DNA of 64,000 bases from Candidatus Poribacteria bacterium (GCA_965205025.1 CBDBFU010000015.1:288001-352000); one strand, 5' to 3'. Positions 17,982 to 29,110 are shown, counted from the stretch's first letter. The notes: generated by a model from the letters alone, not told the origin. Program-made: numbers and translations.

Positions 17982-20198
17982 TTAAAATTGAAAACTGATT
18001 CCAGCCTGCAGATTTAAGGGATTCCCCGGTGTAAAGTGAATTTCAGACACCGGTTCAGGTTCGTAATCTAACCGTGATTCTGTGTCAAACTGCGCTTCGT
18101 TCCATTCCACATCAAAGAGGTTTTCAGCAGCGACAAAATATTTGAACGGACCATACGTGTAAGAAAGGCCGAGATTTACCACAGTGTAACCTTCTGCGAT
18201 TACGCTACCATCCTCATTAGCGGGGCGGTCACCGATATGCCGATAACGTAAACTGGCATCCCAGCCAAAGGGGTGGAAAGCAGTTAAACCACCATTTGAG
18301 GTAATACGTGGTGCGAGCGGAATCAGATTAGCATCTTCAGGTTCATCAACGTATTTTCCTTGCGATAAGTTCACGTCTGCGTCTACCCATACCCATGGAA
18401 GAATCTTTACCCGTCCTTCAATATCAATACCGATCCGTTGTGATTTACCGCTGATTTCTGTTTCACCAGCATCCCCAACAAAAACTAATTCTTCGTCTAA
18501 TTCCAACCACCAGCAAGCAACCCCGATATTAAATCGGTCAAAATATCGTTGACGCGTGCCGATTTCAGCACCAATCGCACGAGGAAGCGTCTGAATTCCA
18601 GCGTGTTCTCGGTTGAAATTCATCTGTGTTAGACGCTCATCAATTTTGTCTTCACTCAACTCTTGACTTTTGTATGTTTGTTCTAAATCCGAAATTGTCT
18701 GTTCAATCACCACATCACGGGCATCGTTGGAGTGGAACCCCGTCCCGATATTTAAGAACATATCAAACGATTGGATAGGACTATAAACCATGTTGAACTT
18801 GGGATTGAGCCTGGCTTCCTGTGCATATCCTGAAGCATGCGGTAAAGTAACTGTTTCACCAGACAAGGTGTCAAGATGGTCTTCCACATTAAAAGTAAAG
18901 TAGTCCCCGCGCAAACCGAGTTGAAATCGTAGTTTGGTGTTAATGATTAACTCTTCTTGTGCCCAGAGAAATATGTTGCGTTCAATGATGCCTGAATCCA
19001 CCCTTTGTGTTAATCGTCTCCGATTTGGGCTATGCCAGAGACTAACTGCAATGTCGTCAGAACGAAATCCGCCACCGAACGTTGTATTTGCCTGTATTGA
19101 AGAGAGCAATTGCGTAAATTTATATTCGGTATTCAAACCGATAATGGTGCGGTCATCAGTCTGTTCAATCATGTCACCTTTTTCCAAGTCTTCAAGAAAG
19201 AAGGTAAAATTTGAGAACAATTTGAAATTATATCTACTGAAATAGGGTTGAAACAAGAATTGGCTGTTATTCTCACCGGCTGCTGTGTAAATCAAATTGA
19301 GATTTTGTCTACCTGTTTGTCCACCTTCAAGGTCGTCAATTGTTCCGAACCGTGAAATCAAACCGTTGTCAACAGCGCGTTTCGGAATTTGTCCCGAAGC
19401 GTCCCACGCAGAACTAAAGGAGCTTGCAGAAAGAGAAAGTTTGCTTGTTTCGTTTAGATCTGTCCGAAATTTTCCGAATAGATTCAATCTCTGGAAATCC
19501 TGTGCACTTTCAACGGGGCCGTCTGTATTATAAAACTGACTAGCAAAATATGCGTTTTGATGTTTGCCGACAGTAGGTACCTGGAACATCCCGGTGAATT
19601 TTTGGGTGTTAAACTCGCCTGCTTCGATTTTCAGCATATTTCTATCAATTCTGTCTTTTGTGTGGAACTGTACCGCACCTGCAGTCGAAAAATTGCCATA
19701 CCTGGCAAAGTATGGACCTTTAAAAACGTCAATTGATTCCACTAATTCAGGTATAGCAAAATGGATATCTGCATAACCCTGTCCGTGCCCGTGTGAGACC
19801 ATGTTCACTGGAATACCGTCAGATGAGATAGCGACATCTGTACCATGGTCGGCATCAAATCCGCGCAAAAAAATCTGCTCAGCTTTACCACCACCTGCGT
19901 GCTGTGCGATAACAAGCCCTGGTGCCAGTCGTAGCATATCTTGTGCTGTACTCACGGGTCGGACGTTTAGATCAAAATCTCGTATAGACCGTGAAGATGC
20001 TGTTGAATAGACACGTTCACCTGTAACTAAAATTTTCTCAAGTTCAACTATTTCGTCAGAAGATACAGAATCGCTTTCAGATTTCATGTCTTTATTCTCA
20101 GTCGTGTTGTCTTGTGCTTCAGATATTCCAAAGAAAAATAAGAAAATAAGTAATAAGGTTATCGGAAATTGAACGGAAAATAGAACGATTTTTTTCAT
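17982..20198 (-). CDS. TonB-dependent receptor
   Basis: Likely start MKKIVLF at 20198 after AGAGGA. TonB-box-like ILVTG; plug FLRGFDADHGTD, HGHGQGY, KGPYFARYG; C-terminal Phe (GISFQF). Confidence 0.9.
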   Translation of the reverse strand: MKKIVLFSVQFPITLLLIFLFFFGISEAQDNTTENKDMKSESDSVSSDEIVELEKILVTGERVYSTASSRSIRDFDLNVRPVSTAQDMLRLAPGLVIAQHAGGGKAEQIFLRGFDADHGTDVAISSDGIPVNMVSHGHGQGYADIHFAIPELVESIDVFKGPYFARYGNFSTAGAVQFHTKDRIDRNMLKIEAGEFNTQKFTGMFQVPTVGKHQNAYFASQFYNTDGPVESAQDFQRLNLFGKFRTDLNETSKLSLSASSFSSAWDASGQIPKRAVDNGLISRFGTIDDLEGGQTGRQNLNLIYTAAGENNSQFLFQPYFSRYNFKLFSNFTFFLEDLEKGDMIEQTDDRTIIGLNTEYKFTQLLSSIQANTTFGGGFRSDDIAVSLWHSPNRRRLTQRVDSGIIERNIFLWAQEELIINTKLRFQLGLRGDYFTFNVEDHLDTLSGETVTLPHASGYAQEARLNPKFNMVYSPIQSFDMFLNIGTGFHSNDARDVVIEQTISDLEQTYKSQELSEDKIDERLTQMNFNREHAGIQTLPRAIGAEIGTRQRYFDRFNIGVACWWLELDEELVFVGDAGETEISGKSQRIGIDIEGRVKILPWVWVDADVNLSQGKYVDEPEDANLIPLAPRITSNGGLTAFHPFGWDASLRYRHIGDRPANEDGSVIAEGYTVVNLGLSYTYGPFKYFVAAENLFDVEWNEAQFDTESRLDYEPEPVSEIHFTPGNPLNLQAGISFQF

Positions 20199-20298
20199 AA
20201 TTCCTCTTTTCTGTAACCTCTTGATTGAGGTGTATTTATTAACGTATGAGATAACGTGAGTTTGATAATTAAAAACTGGTAAATAGAGAACCCCTTTG

Positions 20299-21030
20299 TT
20301 ATAAGGATGAAAAGAACGCAATACACATCTCTGCTACTTCCTTCGGACGTTCATGGGGTAAATAATGTCCTGCATCTGGAATCCATTTAACGTGAATGTA
20401 GGGGTTAGGTGGAATATTCAAGAGATGTTCTGTTTCATCATTTCTCCCCATTTCACCGAATACCTCATAAATAGGAATGGATGCTTCTTTTAAGTAATTG
20501 TATCCATTAAAGGTTGCTACTGTATCCCAAAATTCTTGCCAGACACTTGTCCTAAAACAGGATCGAGTTTCATTTGATTTCTTTTTAATCTTAATGATTT
20601 CTGTATCGGAAAGCGTCCCGTAAAACCGGTCTGAGTCAAACGCTGTTCCTGCCGATTTAAGATTTGTCCAACCTTCTAACAAAACAAGGCCAATGACATA
20701 AGAACATCTGCTCGCTACATTCATTGATACCATGCCACCAAGGCTATGTCCAACAAGGATAACTTCTCTTATGTTTTGACTGTCAAGAAATGCAATGACA
20801 TCATCAGCGAGATCATGGATAGAAAATGTTTGGGTTGGAACAGCAGTCTTCCCGTGCCCGCGAAAATCGAGAGTAAGGTGACGTTGATGTGATGGAAGGT
20901 AATCAATTACGGATGACCAATCTGTTGAATCACAACCTGTACCGTGTAAGAAGAGTAGTGGTCGGGTAGTTCTCCCTGAATCGGTGAATGACATATCTCC
21001 CCAACCCAATTTTATTGTATCCATTTTCAT
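20299..21030 (-). CDS. Alpha/beta hydrolase
   Basis: FLHG, DFRGHG, GHSLGG, AGHYLPHE. Confidence 0.9.
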   Translation of the reverse strand: MKMDTIKLGWGDMSFTDSGRTTRPLLFLHGTGCDSTDWSSVIDYLPSHQRHLTLDFRGHGKTAVPTQTFSIHDLADDVIAFLDSQNIREVILVGHSLGGMVSMNVASRCSYVIGLVLLEGWTNLKSAGTAFDSDRFYGTLSDTEIIKIKKKSNETRSCFRTSVWQEFWDTVATFNGYNYLKEASIPIYEVFGEMGRNDETEHLLNIPPNPYIHVKWIPDAGHYLPHERPKEVAEMCIAFFSSL

Positions 21031-21063
21031 TGATTATAGGTCGGATAATAAGATGTTATGGGA

Positions 21064-21903
21064 TTATAAATCCCATATAGTTGCTGCTGTACCTCCAAGG
21101 ATGTTATCTTTATCATTAGAAGATAAAAATGGAAGTCCATCCTGTATGAGCCGTAGTTCATCTACTAATGTTGGCCAGTTGTGTTTTGTTCTATGATGAC
21201 CAGGATATCCTGTTCCCCAAACTGTTCGTTCTGATCCGAATGCTAACAGCAGCTTTTTTATGAATGGATGGACATCTGTAAACGGGAATTCCTGACTTGA
21301 ACGACCAGCAACATCTGATAGTTTAAAATAGATATTAGTGAATTTGGCAAGATCCACAATCGGTTGAAATAAAGTTGCATCCTCATCAACTTGCGGGTAT
21401 CCCATATGATCCAAGATGAGTTTTATGTGTGGATACTGTTGTGCGATGATAGCAATTTGATCTGCATGTTCAGCACGTAAATGAAATTGGATAACTGCAT
21501 CTACCGCTGCGATTTCCTCCCACAATGGTTTGTTCTCTTCAGTGATAAGTATCTTTTCATCTGGATAATACATTGGATGGAATCGGAAACCAGCCAATCC
21601 TCTATCCTTTATCCAATACCTTACCTGTTCGGCGTTATTAGGATCTTGAGGATCAATCAAACCGTGTCCTATAAACCTATTTGGAAATCGTTCTACAGAA
21701 TCAGCGATGTACCCGTTATCCCACGTTGACCAACTGGTTTGAACCAATACAGACCAGTCAACATTATGTAAGTCCATCTCCTCAAGGAGTTCATCTGCAG
21801 TTCCCGGTTCATCAGGTAATGAAGTCCAGTTTGGTGCTGTTGGTCCTACAGGATATTTCGGTGGATCTATTTCCCAGACATGGACATGTGTATCAACAAT
21901 CAT
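21064..21903 (-). CDS. Amidohydrolase_2 family protein (LigI/lactonase-like)
   Basis: IVDTHVHVW, ILDHMG, YFKLS, RTVWGTGYP. Confidence 0.88.
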   Translation of the reverse strand: MIVDTHVHVWEIDPPKYPVGPTAPNWTSLPDEPGTADELLEEMDLHNVDWSVLVQTSWSTWDNGYIADSVERFPNRFIGHGLIDPQDPNNAEQVRYWIKDRGLAGFRFHPMYYPDEKILITEENKPLWEEIAAVDAVIQFHLRAEHADQIAIIAQQYPHIKLILDHMGYPQVDEDATLFQPIVDLAKFTNIYFKLSDVAGRSSQEFPFTDVHPFIKKLLLAFGSERTVWGTGYPGHHRTKHNWPTLVDELRLIQDGLPFLSSNDKDNILGGTAATIWDL

Positions 21904-21923
21904 ATAAAATTACATCTCGTTTA

Positions 21924-23126
21924 TCAGGTTAGTAAATGTGCATCGACTGTCTCACCTGCTTTTACGGTAACACCTGAAGGTATAATGATTAATCCGTTGG
22001 CTAAAACAAGAGAATGTAAGATTCCTGAACCTTGAGGTCCCGTTGTTTTCGCAATGAATTGTCCGTCTTCTTCTGTCAGTATGGCACGCATATAATTCAC
22101 GCGACCATCTCTATTGGTGACATCCGTTTGCAGAATAGCTTTGAATGTAGGACGGAATAGATCAGTATGTCCAGCCATTTTCAGAAGTGCTGGACGAACA
22201 AATAATTCAAAGACAACAAGTGAAGATACAGGATTACCGGGTAGTCCAAAAACAGGTTTACCTTCAATATTGCCATAAGCCTGCGGTTTTCCAGGTTTCA
22301 TAGCAACTCGCCAAAAATTCATCTCACCTAACTTCGTCAATACGTTTTTCACTATATCGTGTTCGCCAACCGAAACACCACCACTTGTAATGAGAGCATC
22401 AGCCTGAGAAATCGACTCACGGAAGATACGCTCAGTTTCAACTTCATCGTCTGGTGCGATACCCATATCAATAGGAACACATCCAATCTCGTCTACCTGT
22501 GCAAAAATACCATACCTGTTACTATCACGAATTTTCCCCGGTTCCAACGGTTCACCGAGGGGTGTTAGTTCATCACCTGTTGAAACAATGGCAACTTTTG
22601 GTTTACGATAGACTTTAACATCCGTACAATTCAGTGATGCAAGCATTGAAACTTCTGGAGGACGTAATACTTTTCCAGGAGACATAACGCATTCCCCTTG
22701 ACTAACACTTTCTCCAGTAAACCGTACATTTTCATTCTCTTCAACTGATTCAAAAATACTAACTGTATTTCCTGTTAGTTCAGTGACCTCCTGCATGACG
22801 ACTGCATCTGCTCCTTCTGGCATCATAGCCCCTGTCATAATTCGTGCAGCTTGACCACTCTCAACAGTCTGCTTTGGTGCATATCCAGCAGCTATGGTCT
22901 CAACAACCGTTAGGGTTGTAGGTTTCTCTTTAGATACACCATTAACATCCTTTGATTGTATAGCAAATCCATCCATCGCAGAATTGTCAAACGGTGGTAT
23001 ATTTTCAGTTGCGTTTAGTGTTTCTGCGAGAACATATCCTGTCGATTCAAGTATTTCTCGAGATTCCGTGGATAACACAGGTATACTCTCTAACATTTTC
23101 TGTCGTGCTTCTTCAACACTAAGCAT
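21924..23126 (-). CDS. moeA: Molybdopterin molybdotransferase
   Basis: PPFDNSAMDGFA, RIMTGAMMP, STGDEL, SGGVSVG, KPGKP, GLPGNPVS. Confidence 0.95.
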   Translation of the reverse strand: MLSVEEARQKMLESIPVLSTESREILESTGYVLAETLNATENIPPFDNSAMDGFAIQSKDVNGVSKEKPTTLTVVETIAAGYAPKQTVESGQAARIMTGAMMPEGADAVVMQEVTELTGNTVSIFESVEENENVRFTGESVSQGECVMSPGKVLRPPEVSMLASLNCTDVKVYRKPKVAIVSTGDELTPLGEPLEPGKIRDSNRYGIFAQVDEIGCVPIDMGIAPDDEVETERIFRESISQADALITSGGVSVGEHDIVKNVLTKLGEMNFWRVAMKPGKPQAYGNIEGKPVFGLPGNPVSSLVVFELFVRPALLKMAGHTDLFRPTFKAILQTDVTNRDGRVNYMRAILTEEDGQFIAKTTGPQGSGILHSLVLANGLIIIPSGVTVKAGETVDAHLLT

Positions 23127-23152
23127 TCTTATTCACTCCATTCATATATCGA

Positions 23153-23647
23153 TTATGTCGCATGTCCAATAAGTAGTACTGCAGCAGGTAATGAGGATTC
23201 ATCAGACTTGTTAAATGCCCATTCAATATTTTCAATATCTGTATCGTGTTCTAACATCTTATAGGGTAAATTCCATGCATTTAGTGTTGGTTCCAAAAAG
23301 GTAGCAACAGAGTCAACCCAGTCTCCATTTTCATCTCGATTATGGTAACCCCGATAGCCGATGAACACAACAACAGGGATCTCCATATTGATAACTGTAC
23401 CGCGGATTGCATCCCCGGATTCCAAAAAACCTGTGTTTTGTATTATTATGATAGGGTTTTTGCCACCAATATACAAACCAGCTGCGATAGCAAACGCTTC
23501 ACCTTCGCGTGTTACAGTTATTACATCTATCTGTGATTCATCGCGTAGGAGTTCATATATCTTTGCACTACCATTATCTGGAACACCAACGGCATGCGTA
23601 ATATTATGCTCTTTTAATACCTTGACAATTTTCTGTGCTGTTGCCAC
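23153..23647 (-). CDS. TPP-enzyme N-terminal (PYR) domain protein, sulfopyruvate/phosphonopyruvate decarboxylase alpha-subunit-like
   Basis: GVPD, TREGEAFAIAAG, IQNTGF, IGYRG. Confidence 0.75.
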   Translation of the reverse strand: MATAQKIVKVLKEHNITHAVGVPDNGSAKIYELLRDESQIDVITVTREGEAFAIAAGLYIGGKNPIIIIQNTGFLESGDAIRGTVINMEIPVVVFIGYRGYHNRDENGDWVDSVATFLEPTLNAWNLPYKMLEHDTDIENIEWAFNKSDESSLPAAVLLIGHAT

Positions 23648-23760
23648 AAATACTCCTTCATTCCAACTAAACTCTTAACCCTTTCTACATCATCAAATAT
23701 GACACATGAATACGGTGAAGGCAAATTTTCTTACCCAATGATAGTTCAAATATCGTGTAT

Positions 23761-25704
23761 TTATTGCCTACCTTCTACCAATGCATCTACCACTGTCGGA
23801 TCAGCTAATGTGGAGGTATCTCCCATGTCTGAAACATCTCCTTCAGCAATTTTCCGTAGAATCCTTCTCATAATCTTCCCCGAACGAGTTTTCGGTAATG
23901 CTGGTGTGAACTGGATTTTATCAGGTGTTGCTATAGGTCCGATATGTTTGCGTACTTCAAGTTTAATCTCAGCTGCAACATCATCTGATGGAGTCTCACC
24001 CGTCATCAGTGTAACATAGGCATAAATTCCCTGACCTTTAATGTCATGGGGGTATCCCACGACTGCAGCTTCAGCAACAGAATCATGTTGTCCGATTGCG
24101 CCTTCAACCTCAGCAGTTCCCAATCTATGTCCAGAAACATTGAGTACGTCATCTACTCGACCTGTAATCCAATAATATCCATCTTCGTCACGGAACACTC
24201 CATCCCCAGTCATATAGTAACCGGGGAAGCGACTGAAATAGACATCAATAAACCTTTCATGATCACCATAGACGGTCCGCATGATACCTGGCCATGCCCC
24301 TTTAATACACAGATATCCTGTTGCAGGATTCCCATGAACTTCGTTACCTTCTTCATCCAGAATAACAGGTTCAATCCCAAAGAATGGATAAGTTGCAGAA
24401 CCCGGTTTCAATGGAGTAGCTGCAGGTAATGGGGTAATAAGGATTCCTCCTGTTTCCGTCTGCCACCATGTGTCAACTATCGGACAACGTTTATCACCAA
24501 CAATATTGTAGTACCACAACCATTCCGGCTCTTTGATCGGTTCACCTACTGTTCCAAGAAGTCTAAGCGTAGATCTATCATACTTTTCTACCCATGTATC
24601 TCCCTCTTTCATCAATGCACGCAGAGCAGTAGGAGCCGTATAGAAGAGATTGATGTTATGCTTTTCTACCACTTGCCAGAATCGACCATAATCTGGGTAG
24701 TTGGGTACACCTTCAAACATAACAGTGATTGCACGATTGGCAAGTGGTCCGTATATAATATAGGAGTGTCCTGTAATCCATCCAATATCAGCAGTACACC
24801 AATACACATCCCCTTGATGGTAGTCAAAAATCTGTTCATGTGTATAAGAAGTATATACCAGATATCCGCCAGTCGTATGAAGAACACCTTTCGGTTTTCC
24901 AGTTGAGCCAGAGGTGTATAGAATAAAGAGTGGATCTTCAGCATTCATAACTTCAGGTTCACATTCGTCATCTGCAGTTTCCATTGCTTCATGCCACCAA
25001 ATATCGCGTGTCGAATTAAATTCGACATCATCACCTGTCCTTGCGACAACAACGACCTTTTCAATTGATGGACAATCCACTACTGCTGCATCAGCATTTG
25101 CTTTCATAGGTATGTCGCTACGAGGACCTCTCATGGCTGTATCTTGAGTGATAAGCAATTTACAGGAGGAATCATTAATACGATCCCGTAAGGATTCTGC
25201 TGAGAATGCCCCAAAAACGATAGAGTGAATAGCCCCGATTCTGGCACATGCTAACATTGCAATTGCTAATTCTGGGACCATCTGTAGGTAGATACACACC
25301 CGATCACCTTTTTCAATGCCTTGTGCTTTCAAAACATTCGCGAACTTCTTAACCTCAACTAATAGTTCATTAAAACTGAATGTTTTATCCTCGGATGGAT
25401 CATTTCCTTCCCAGATAATAGCGGTCTCATTTCCCTGTCCAGCTTCGACATGTCGATCAAGACAATTATAGCAGGCGTTTAATGTTGCACCTTCGAACCA
25501 CTTAATCTGTGCTTTTACAAAGTCATAATCCCGAACAGTATCCCATTTTTTGTACCATGTCAACCGTTCAGCGATATTTGCCCAAAATGCTTCAGGATCT
25601 TTAATTGATTCCGCATATTTTTCCTGGTATGCCTCTAAACTGTTAATGTGTGCTTCACCGATAGGATAATCCGTCTCCACTGGTGGAAAAACATTGTTTG
25701 CCAT
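23761..25704 (-). CDS. acs: Acetyl-CoA synthetase (AMP-forming)
   Basis: [45 protein letters not shown]. Confidence 0.96.
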   Translation of the reverse strand: MANNVFPPVETDYPIGEAHINSLEAYQEKYAESIKDPEAFWANIAERLTWYKKWDTVRDYDFVKAQIKWFEGATLNACYNCLDRHVEAGQGNETAIIWEGNDPSEDKTFSFNELLVEVKKFANVLKAQGIEKGDRVCIYLQMVPELAIAMLACARIGAIHSIVFGAFSAESLRDRINDSSCKLLITQDTAMRGPRSDIPMKANADAAVVDCPSIEKVVVVARTGDDVEFNSTRDIWWHEAMETADDECEPEVMNAEDPLFILYTSGSTGKPKGVLHTTGGYLVYTSYTHEQIFDYHQGDVYWCTADIGWITGHSYIIYGPLANRAITVMFEGVPNYPDYGRFWQVVEKHNINLFYTAPTALRALMKEGDTWVEKYDRSTLRLLGTVGEPIKEPEWLWYYNIVGDKRCPIVDTWWQTETGGILITPLPAATPLKPGSATYPFFGIEPVILDEEGNEVHGNPATGYLCIKGAWPGIMRTVYGDHERFIDVYFSRFPGYYMTGDGVFRDEDGYYWITGRVDDVLNVSGHRLGTAEVEGAIGQHDSVAEAAVVGYPHDIKGQGIYAYVTLMTGETPSDDVAAEIKLEVRKHIGPIATPDKIQFTPALPKTRSGKIMRRILRKIAEGDVSDMGDTSTLADPTVVDALVEGRQ

Positions 25705-25857
25705 TATAATCTCCTGTATCTAAATTCTCTTCCTAATAATCTGATTAATGAATGAGGGACAATATGGTAAGAAACACCGGTATAGTATTTTATTATATTA
25801 AATTTAGAACTTTTCTGTTTAGAATGGTGTCACTTGTCCTCAAATCTCTGTAATTCC

Positions 25858-25886
25858 ATTTTAATGTATAAATGTAAAAGTGTCAA
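25858..25886 (-). promoter_or_regulatory. Sigma70-type promoter for acs
   Basis: Minus strand TTGACA-17 nt-TAAAAT. Confidence 0.55.
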
Positions 25887-26351
25887 CAGATTGGTGATAG
25901 TGGGTATTTAAAGTTCTTGGCATGAATTCCTATCTTCTGTATGGATTACGCAGATTACACATAATTCACATAAGTGAATCAACGTAAAATCCATGTAAAG
26001 AATTCATCAGGAGAGTATCAAGGTTAATATAAGTAGTAATACGTGATTATATTTGGATATATAGAGTGGATATTAATAGGGGTTGTTCAATACAATTAAT
26101 GTGTGGAGTTGATTGGTAGAATGTCATAGTCTTTACATTTCTCAATCACTATCTTTTCATTCTTACAGTTATCAAGTATTTCGTAATTCTCTTTAAGTTC
26201 TTTGATTTTGTTAATCTAAATACTATCCTGATCTAAGTAATCTTTAACGATGCAATACCAGTGCGTATCAACAAATATCATTATTGATACCAACCCTTAG
26301 AATAAAATCCAGCAATAAACACGACTATTTTGGTTAGGAATTCATTATTTA

Positions 26352-26380
26352 TTGACAATTTTGGTTAGATATATTATAAT
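26352..26380 (+). promoter_or_regulatory. Perfect-consensus sigma70 promoter of the rrf2-cysK-cysH operon
   Basis: TTGACA(26352-57)-17 nt-TATAAT(26375-80), followed by AAGGAG RBS. Confidence 0.8.
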
Positions 26381-26415
26381 TGTTTTGCCTATTGGTTTAG
26401 ATCAAGGAGTTATTC

Positions 26416-26853
26416 ATGCATTTATCAGCCAAGTTGAAGTATGCAGTTTGTGCTATGTTAGAACTCGGTTTGCAGTATCGTCAGGAATTCGTTTCGGTCA
26501 CAGCGTTAGCAGAAAAACGTAGTATTCCCGGTCCTTTCTTAGAAAAACTCCTGCTGGATCTGAAAAAAGCAGGATTAACGATAAGCCGTCGTGGACCAGA
26601 TGGTGGTTATAGTCTTGCGTTGCCACCTGATGAAATTCGTATTGGAGATATTTTCACCGCTGTTGATGGCCCCGTGAATTTTACAGAAGGATTTGAAACA
26701 CAAAATTCGTCTGAGATAGCTACTTTTTTTGCAGATATTGAGCAGGAAGTACGGGAGGTATTAAATACAAAGACACTCCATGAATTGTGTTGTCATGCCC
26801 GTAAACTAAAACAATTATCTCAGCCATCACATCCTCATCCTTTCTTTATATGA
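26416..26853 (+). CDS. Rrf2 family regulator, CymR-like (lacks the Fe-S cysteine triad)
   Basis: FLEKLLLDLKKAGL.SRRGPDGGYSL; C-terminus HPFFI; ATGA overlap with cysK. Confidence 0.88.
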   Translation: MHLSAKLKYAVCAMLELGLQYRQEFVSVTALAEKRSIPGPFLEKLLLDLKKAGLTISRRGPDGGYSLALPPDEIRIGDIFTAVDGPVNFTEGFETQNSSEIATFFADIEQEVREVLNTKTLHELCCHARKLKQLSQPSHPHPFFI

Positions 26854-27800
26854 AAATTGCTCAGAATCTTACTAAACTTATCGGGAATACACCTATGGTA
26901 CGCTTGAATGCGTTACCAAAGACTGAGGATGCAACAATCTATGCTAAATTAGAGTCGTATAATCCAGGTGGAAGTATAAAAGATCGCATAAGCTATGGAA
27001 TGGTAATTGATGCTGAAGAACGTGGGATTCTAAAACCGGGTGATACGATTGTTGAACCTACTGCGGGTAATACGGGAATTGGTTTATCTATTGTAGGAGT
27101 AGCCCGTGGGTACAATGTTACATTAACAATGCCTGAAAATGTTAGTAGTGAAAAATATGCACTGTTATCTGCTTTCGGTGCTAACATCGTACTAACACCT
27201 GAGCATGGAGGAATGGCAAGTGCGATTTGGGAGGCAGAAGAAATACTCCGTCTGAATCCGAGACATTATATGCCAAACCAATTTACAAACCTTGCTAATC
27301 CAAAAATCCATCGAGAAACAACAGCAGTAGAAATCTTAGATGCAGTAGAAAGGGATATAGATTATTTCGTAACAGGTGTTGGAACAGGTGGAACATTAAC
27401 AGGTGTTGGCGAAGTACTTAAAGCTAAGAATCCTGATACTAAAGTAATAGCAGTGGAACCTTTGGTATCTTCGGTTTTATCTGGTGGGATTCCTGGACCG
27501 ACACGGATAGATGGATTAGGAGCAGGCATGGTGCCAGAAGTACTAAACGTAGATATTATTGATGATATTATTGCAGTTTCGGAAGAGGTGGCATATCAGA
27601 CAATGAAAGAAATTTCGCAAAAAGAAGGTCTTTTAGTTGGAATGTCTTCTGGGGCAAATGTCAATGCTGCCCTACAAGTTGCAAAAGCAAAAGGTCCCGA
27701 GAAGACGGTTGTAACCATCCTGCCCGATACGGGTGAACGCTACTTTAGCCTAAGCAGATATTTTGAACTGGAAACCGATATTATGGAGACACTTCCATAA
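26850..27800 (+). CDS. cysK: Cysteine synthase (O-acetylserine sulfhydrylase)
   Basis: KLESYNPGGSIKDR, EPTAGNTG, GVGTGGT, PDTGERY. Confidence 0.93.
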   Translation: MKIAQNLTKLIGNTPMVRLNALPKTEDATIYAKLESYNPGGSIKDRISYGMVIDAEERGILKPGDTIVEPTAGNTGIGLSIVGVARGYNVTLTMPENVSSEKYALLSAFGANIVLTPEHGGMASAIWEAEEILRLNPRHYMPNQFTNLANPKIHRETTAVEILDAVERDIDYFVTGVGTGGTLTGVGEVLKAKNPDTKVIAVEPLVSSVLSGGIPGPTRIDGLGAGMVPEVLNVDIIDDIIAVSEEVAYQTMKEISQKEGLLVGMSSGANVNAALQVAKAKGPEKTVVTILPDTGERYFSLSRYFELETDIMETLP

Positions 27801-27826
27801 AGAAGGGTATAACAGGATAGGATTGA

Positions 27827-28585
27827 ATGACATTTCAAATTCAGAGTGCTTCAATGGTAGAATTGAAGCAGCAAATTAGTTTAGAAGGTAATCCTCAAGA
27901 GATACTATTCTCTCTCTTCAAGCAATTTAACGAAAGCGCAGCTATAGTTACAAGTGGACAGTTATCTGGTATGGTGCAAATACATCTTGCTGCAGAGAAC
28001 AATCTACCATTTCGAGTATGTACTATTGATACACTCCGTCTTTTTCAAGAAACATATACCTTTTTCGAACAGGTCGAGAAGCGGTACGGTATCCAAATAG
28101 AGAGAATTCAACCTGAATCTAATGAAGTAGAGAAAATGGTCAATGAACACGGTGAATTCCTATTCTTTGACAGTAGAGAAAAACAGAGATTCTGTTGTGA
28201 TATACGAAAAGTCCGTCCCATGCAACGACTATTAGAGACTTTAGATGTATGGATAACAGGAACGCGGAGAGACCAGTCTGAATCACGACAAAATTTCCAG
28301 AAAGTGGAGATAATTTCTTCCATGGCACACCCAATCCTTAAGGTAAGTCCATTAATCGACTGGACAGAAGAAGAAATTTGGAGATTTGTCCGAGAAAATG
28401 ATGTACCAGTGAATCCTTTGTTTGAACCAGATTCTCAAGGTCATTTTTATGAATCACTCGGGTGCAAGATTTGTACGACTCGAATCCGTCCAGGTGAACC
28501 CAAACGTGCTGGTCGATGGCGTTGGCAGAATGCTGCAGATACAGAAGAAAACAACAAAGAATGTGGTTTACACTACTCAATCTAA
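27827..28585 (+). CDS. cysH: APS/PAPS reductase, probably the 4Fe-4S APS type
   Basis: IDTLRLF, CCDIRKVRP, WITGTRRDQS, SLGCKICT, RAGRW, KECGLH. Confidence 0.9.
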   Translation: MTFQIQSASMVELKQQISLEGNPQEILFSLFKQFNESAAIVTSGQLSGMVQIHLAAENNLPFRVCTIDTLRLFQETYTFFEQVEKRYGIQIERIQPESNEVEKMVNEHGEFLFFDSREKQRFCCDIRKVRPMQRLLETLDVWITGTRRDQSESRQNFQKVEIISSMAHPILKVSPLIDWTEEEIWRFVRENDVPVNPLFEPDSQGHFYESLGCKICTTRIRPGEPKRAGRWRWQNAADTEENNKECGLHYSI

Positions 28586-28756
28586 TTGATGAGAATTCAT
28601 CTCGATTTATACACTAATGTTATAAACAAGTCCTGCTAATTTAAGCAATGTCTTATATTAGAGTAATAAGTAATTTAGAACTATAAAATTATAAATTTCG
28701 ATTTTCAACATTAACTTTGTGTCATTATGCTGACACATATAACATGGAGGATAAAC

Positions 28757-29035
28757 ATGTCAGTTACAGTTCGTATACCAACACCTCTGAGACGATTGAC
28801 GCAAAATCTCGCAGAGGTAGAAACAGAAGGTCCGGATATCAACACTATCATAGAAAATTTGGATACAAGTTATCCAGGTATGAAAGAACGTATTTGCGAT
28901 GAAGATGGGAATATACGACGGTTTGTTAACATATATCTCAACGACGAAGATATCCGTTTTCTTGATGGCAAATCCACAGAGGTTGAAGACGGTGCTGAAA
29001 TTTCAATCATCCCTGCAATCGCTGGCGGGAAATAA
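28757..29035 (+). CDS. MoaD/ThiS/CysO family ubiquitin-like sulfur carrier
   Basis: ATG at 28757 follows GGAGG. VRIPTPLR...FVNIYLNDEDIR...IIPAIAGGK. Confidence 0.9.
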   Translation: MSVTVRIPTPLRRLTQNLAEVETEGPDINTIIENLDTSYPGMKERICDEDGNIRRFVNIYLNDEDIRFLDGKSTEVEDGAEISIIPAIAGGK

Positions 29036-29110
29036 CTACCTATATTACAGTTTACTTGTAAGAGGATAGATATCCTCTTACAAGATAGATTATACAATTT
29101 TATTAACGAA

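Noticed and set aside
20199-20321. Extended N-terminus of the TonB-dependent receptor as given in the ORF track
   Set aside because: It overlaps the upstream gene; the RBS and signal peptide fit the ATG at 20198. Similar over-extensions were trimmed at 4283, 28727, 33821, 35520 and 39370.
25705-26350. Hidden gene or riboswitch in the long acs-rrf2 intergenic region
   Set aside because: AT-rich, no credible ORF, only a weak hairpin (26265-26290), and no recognisable riboswitch consensus.
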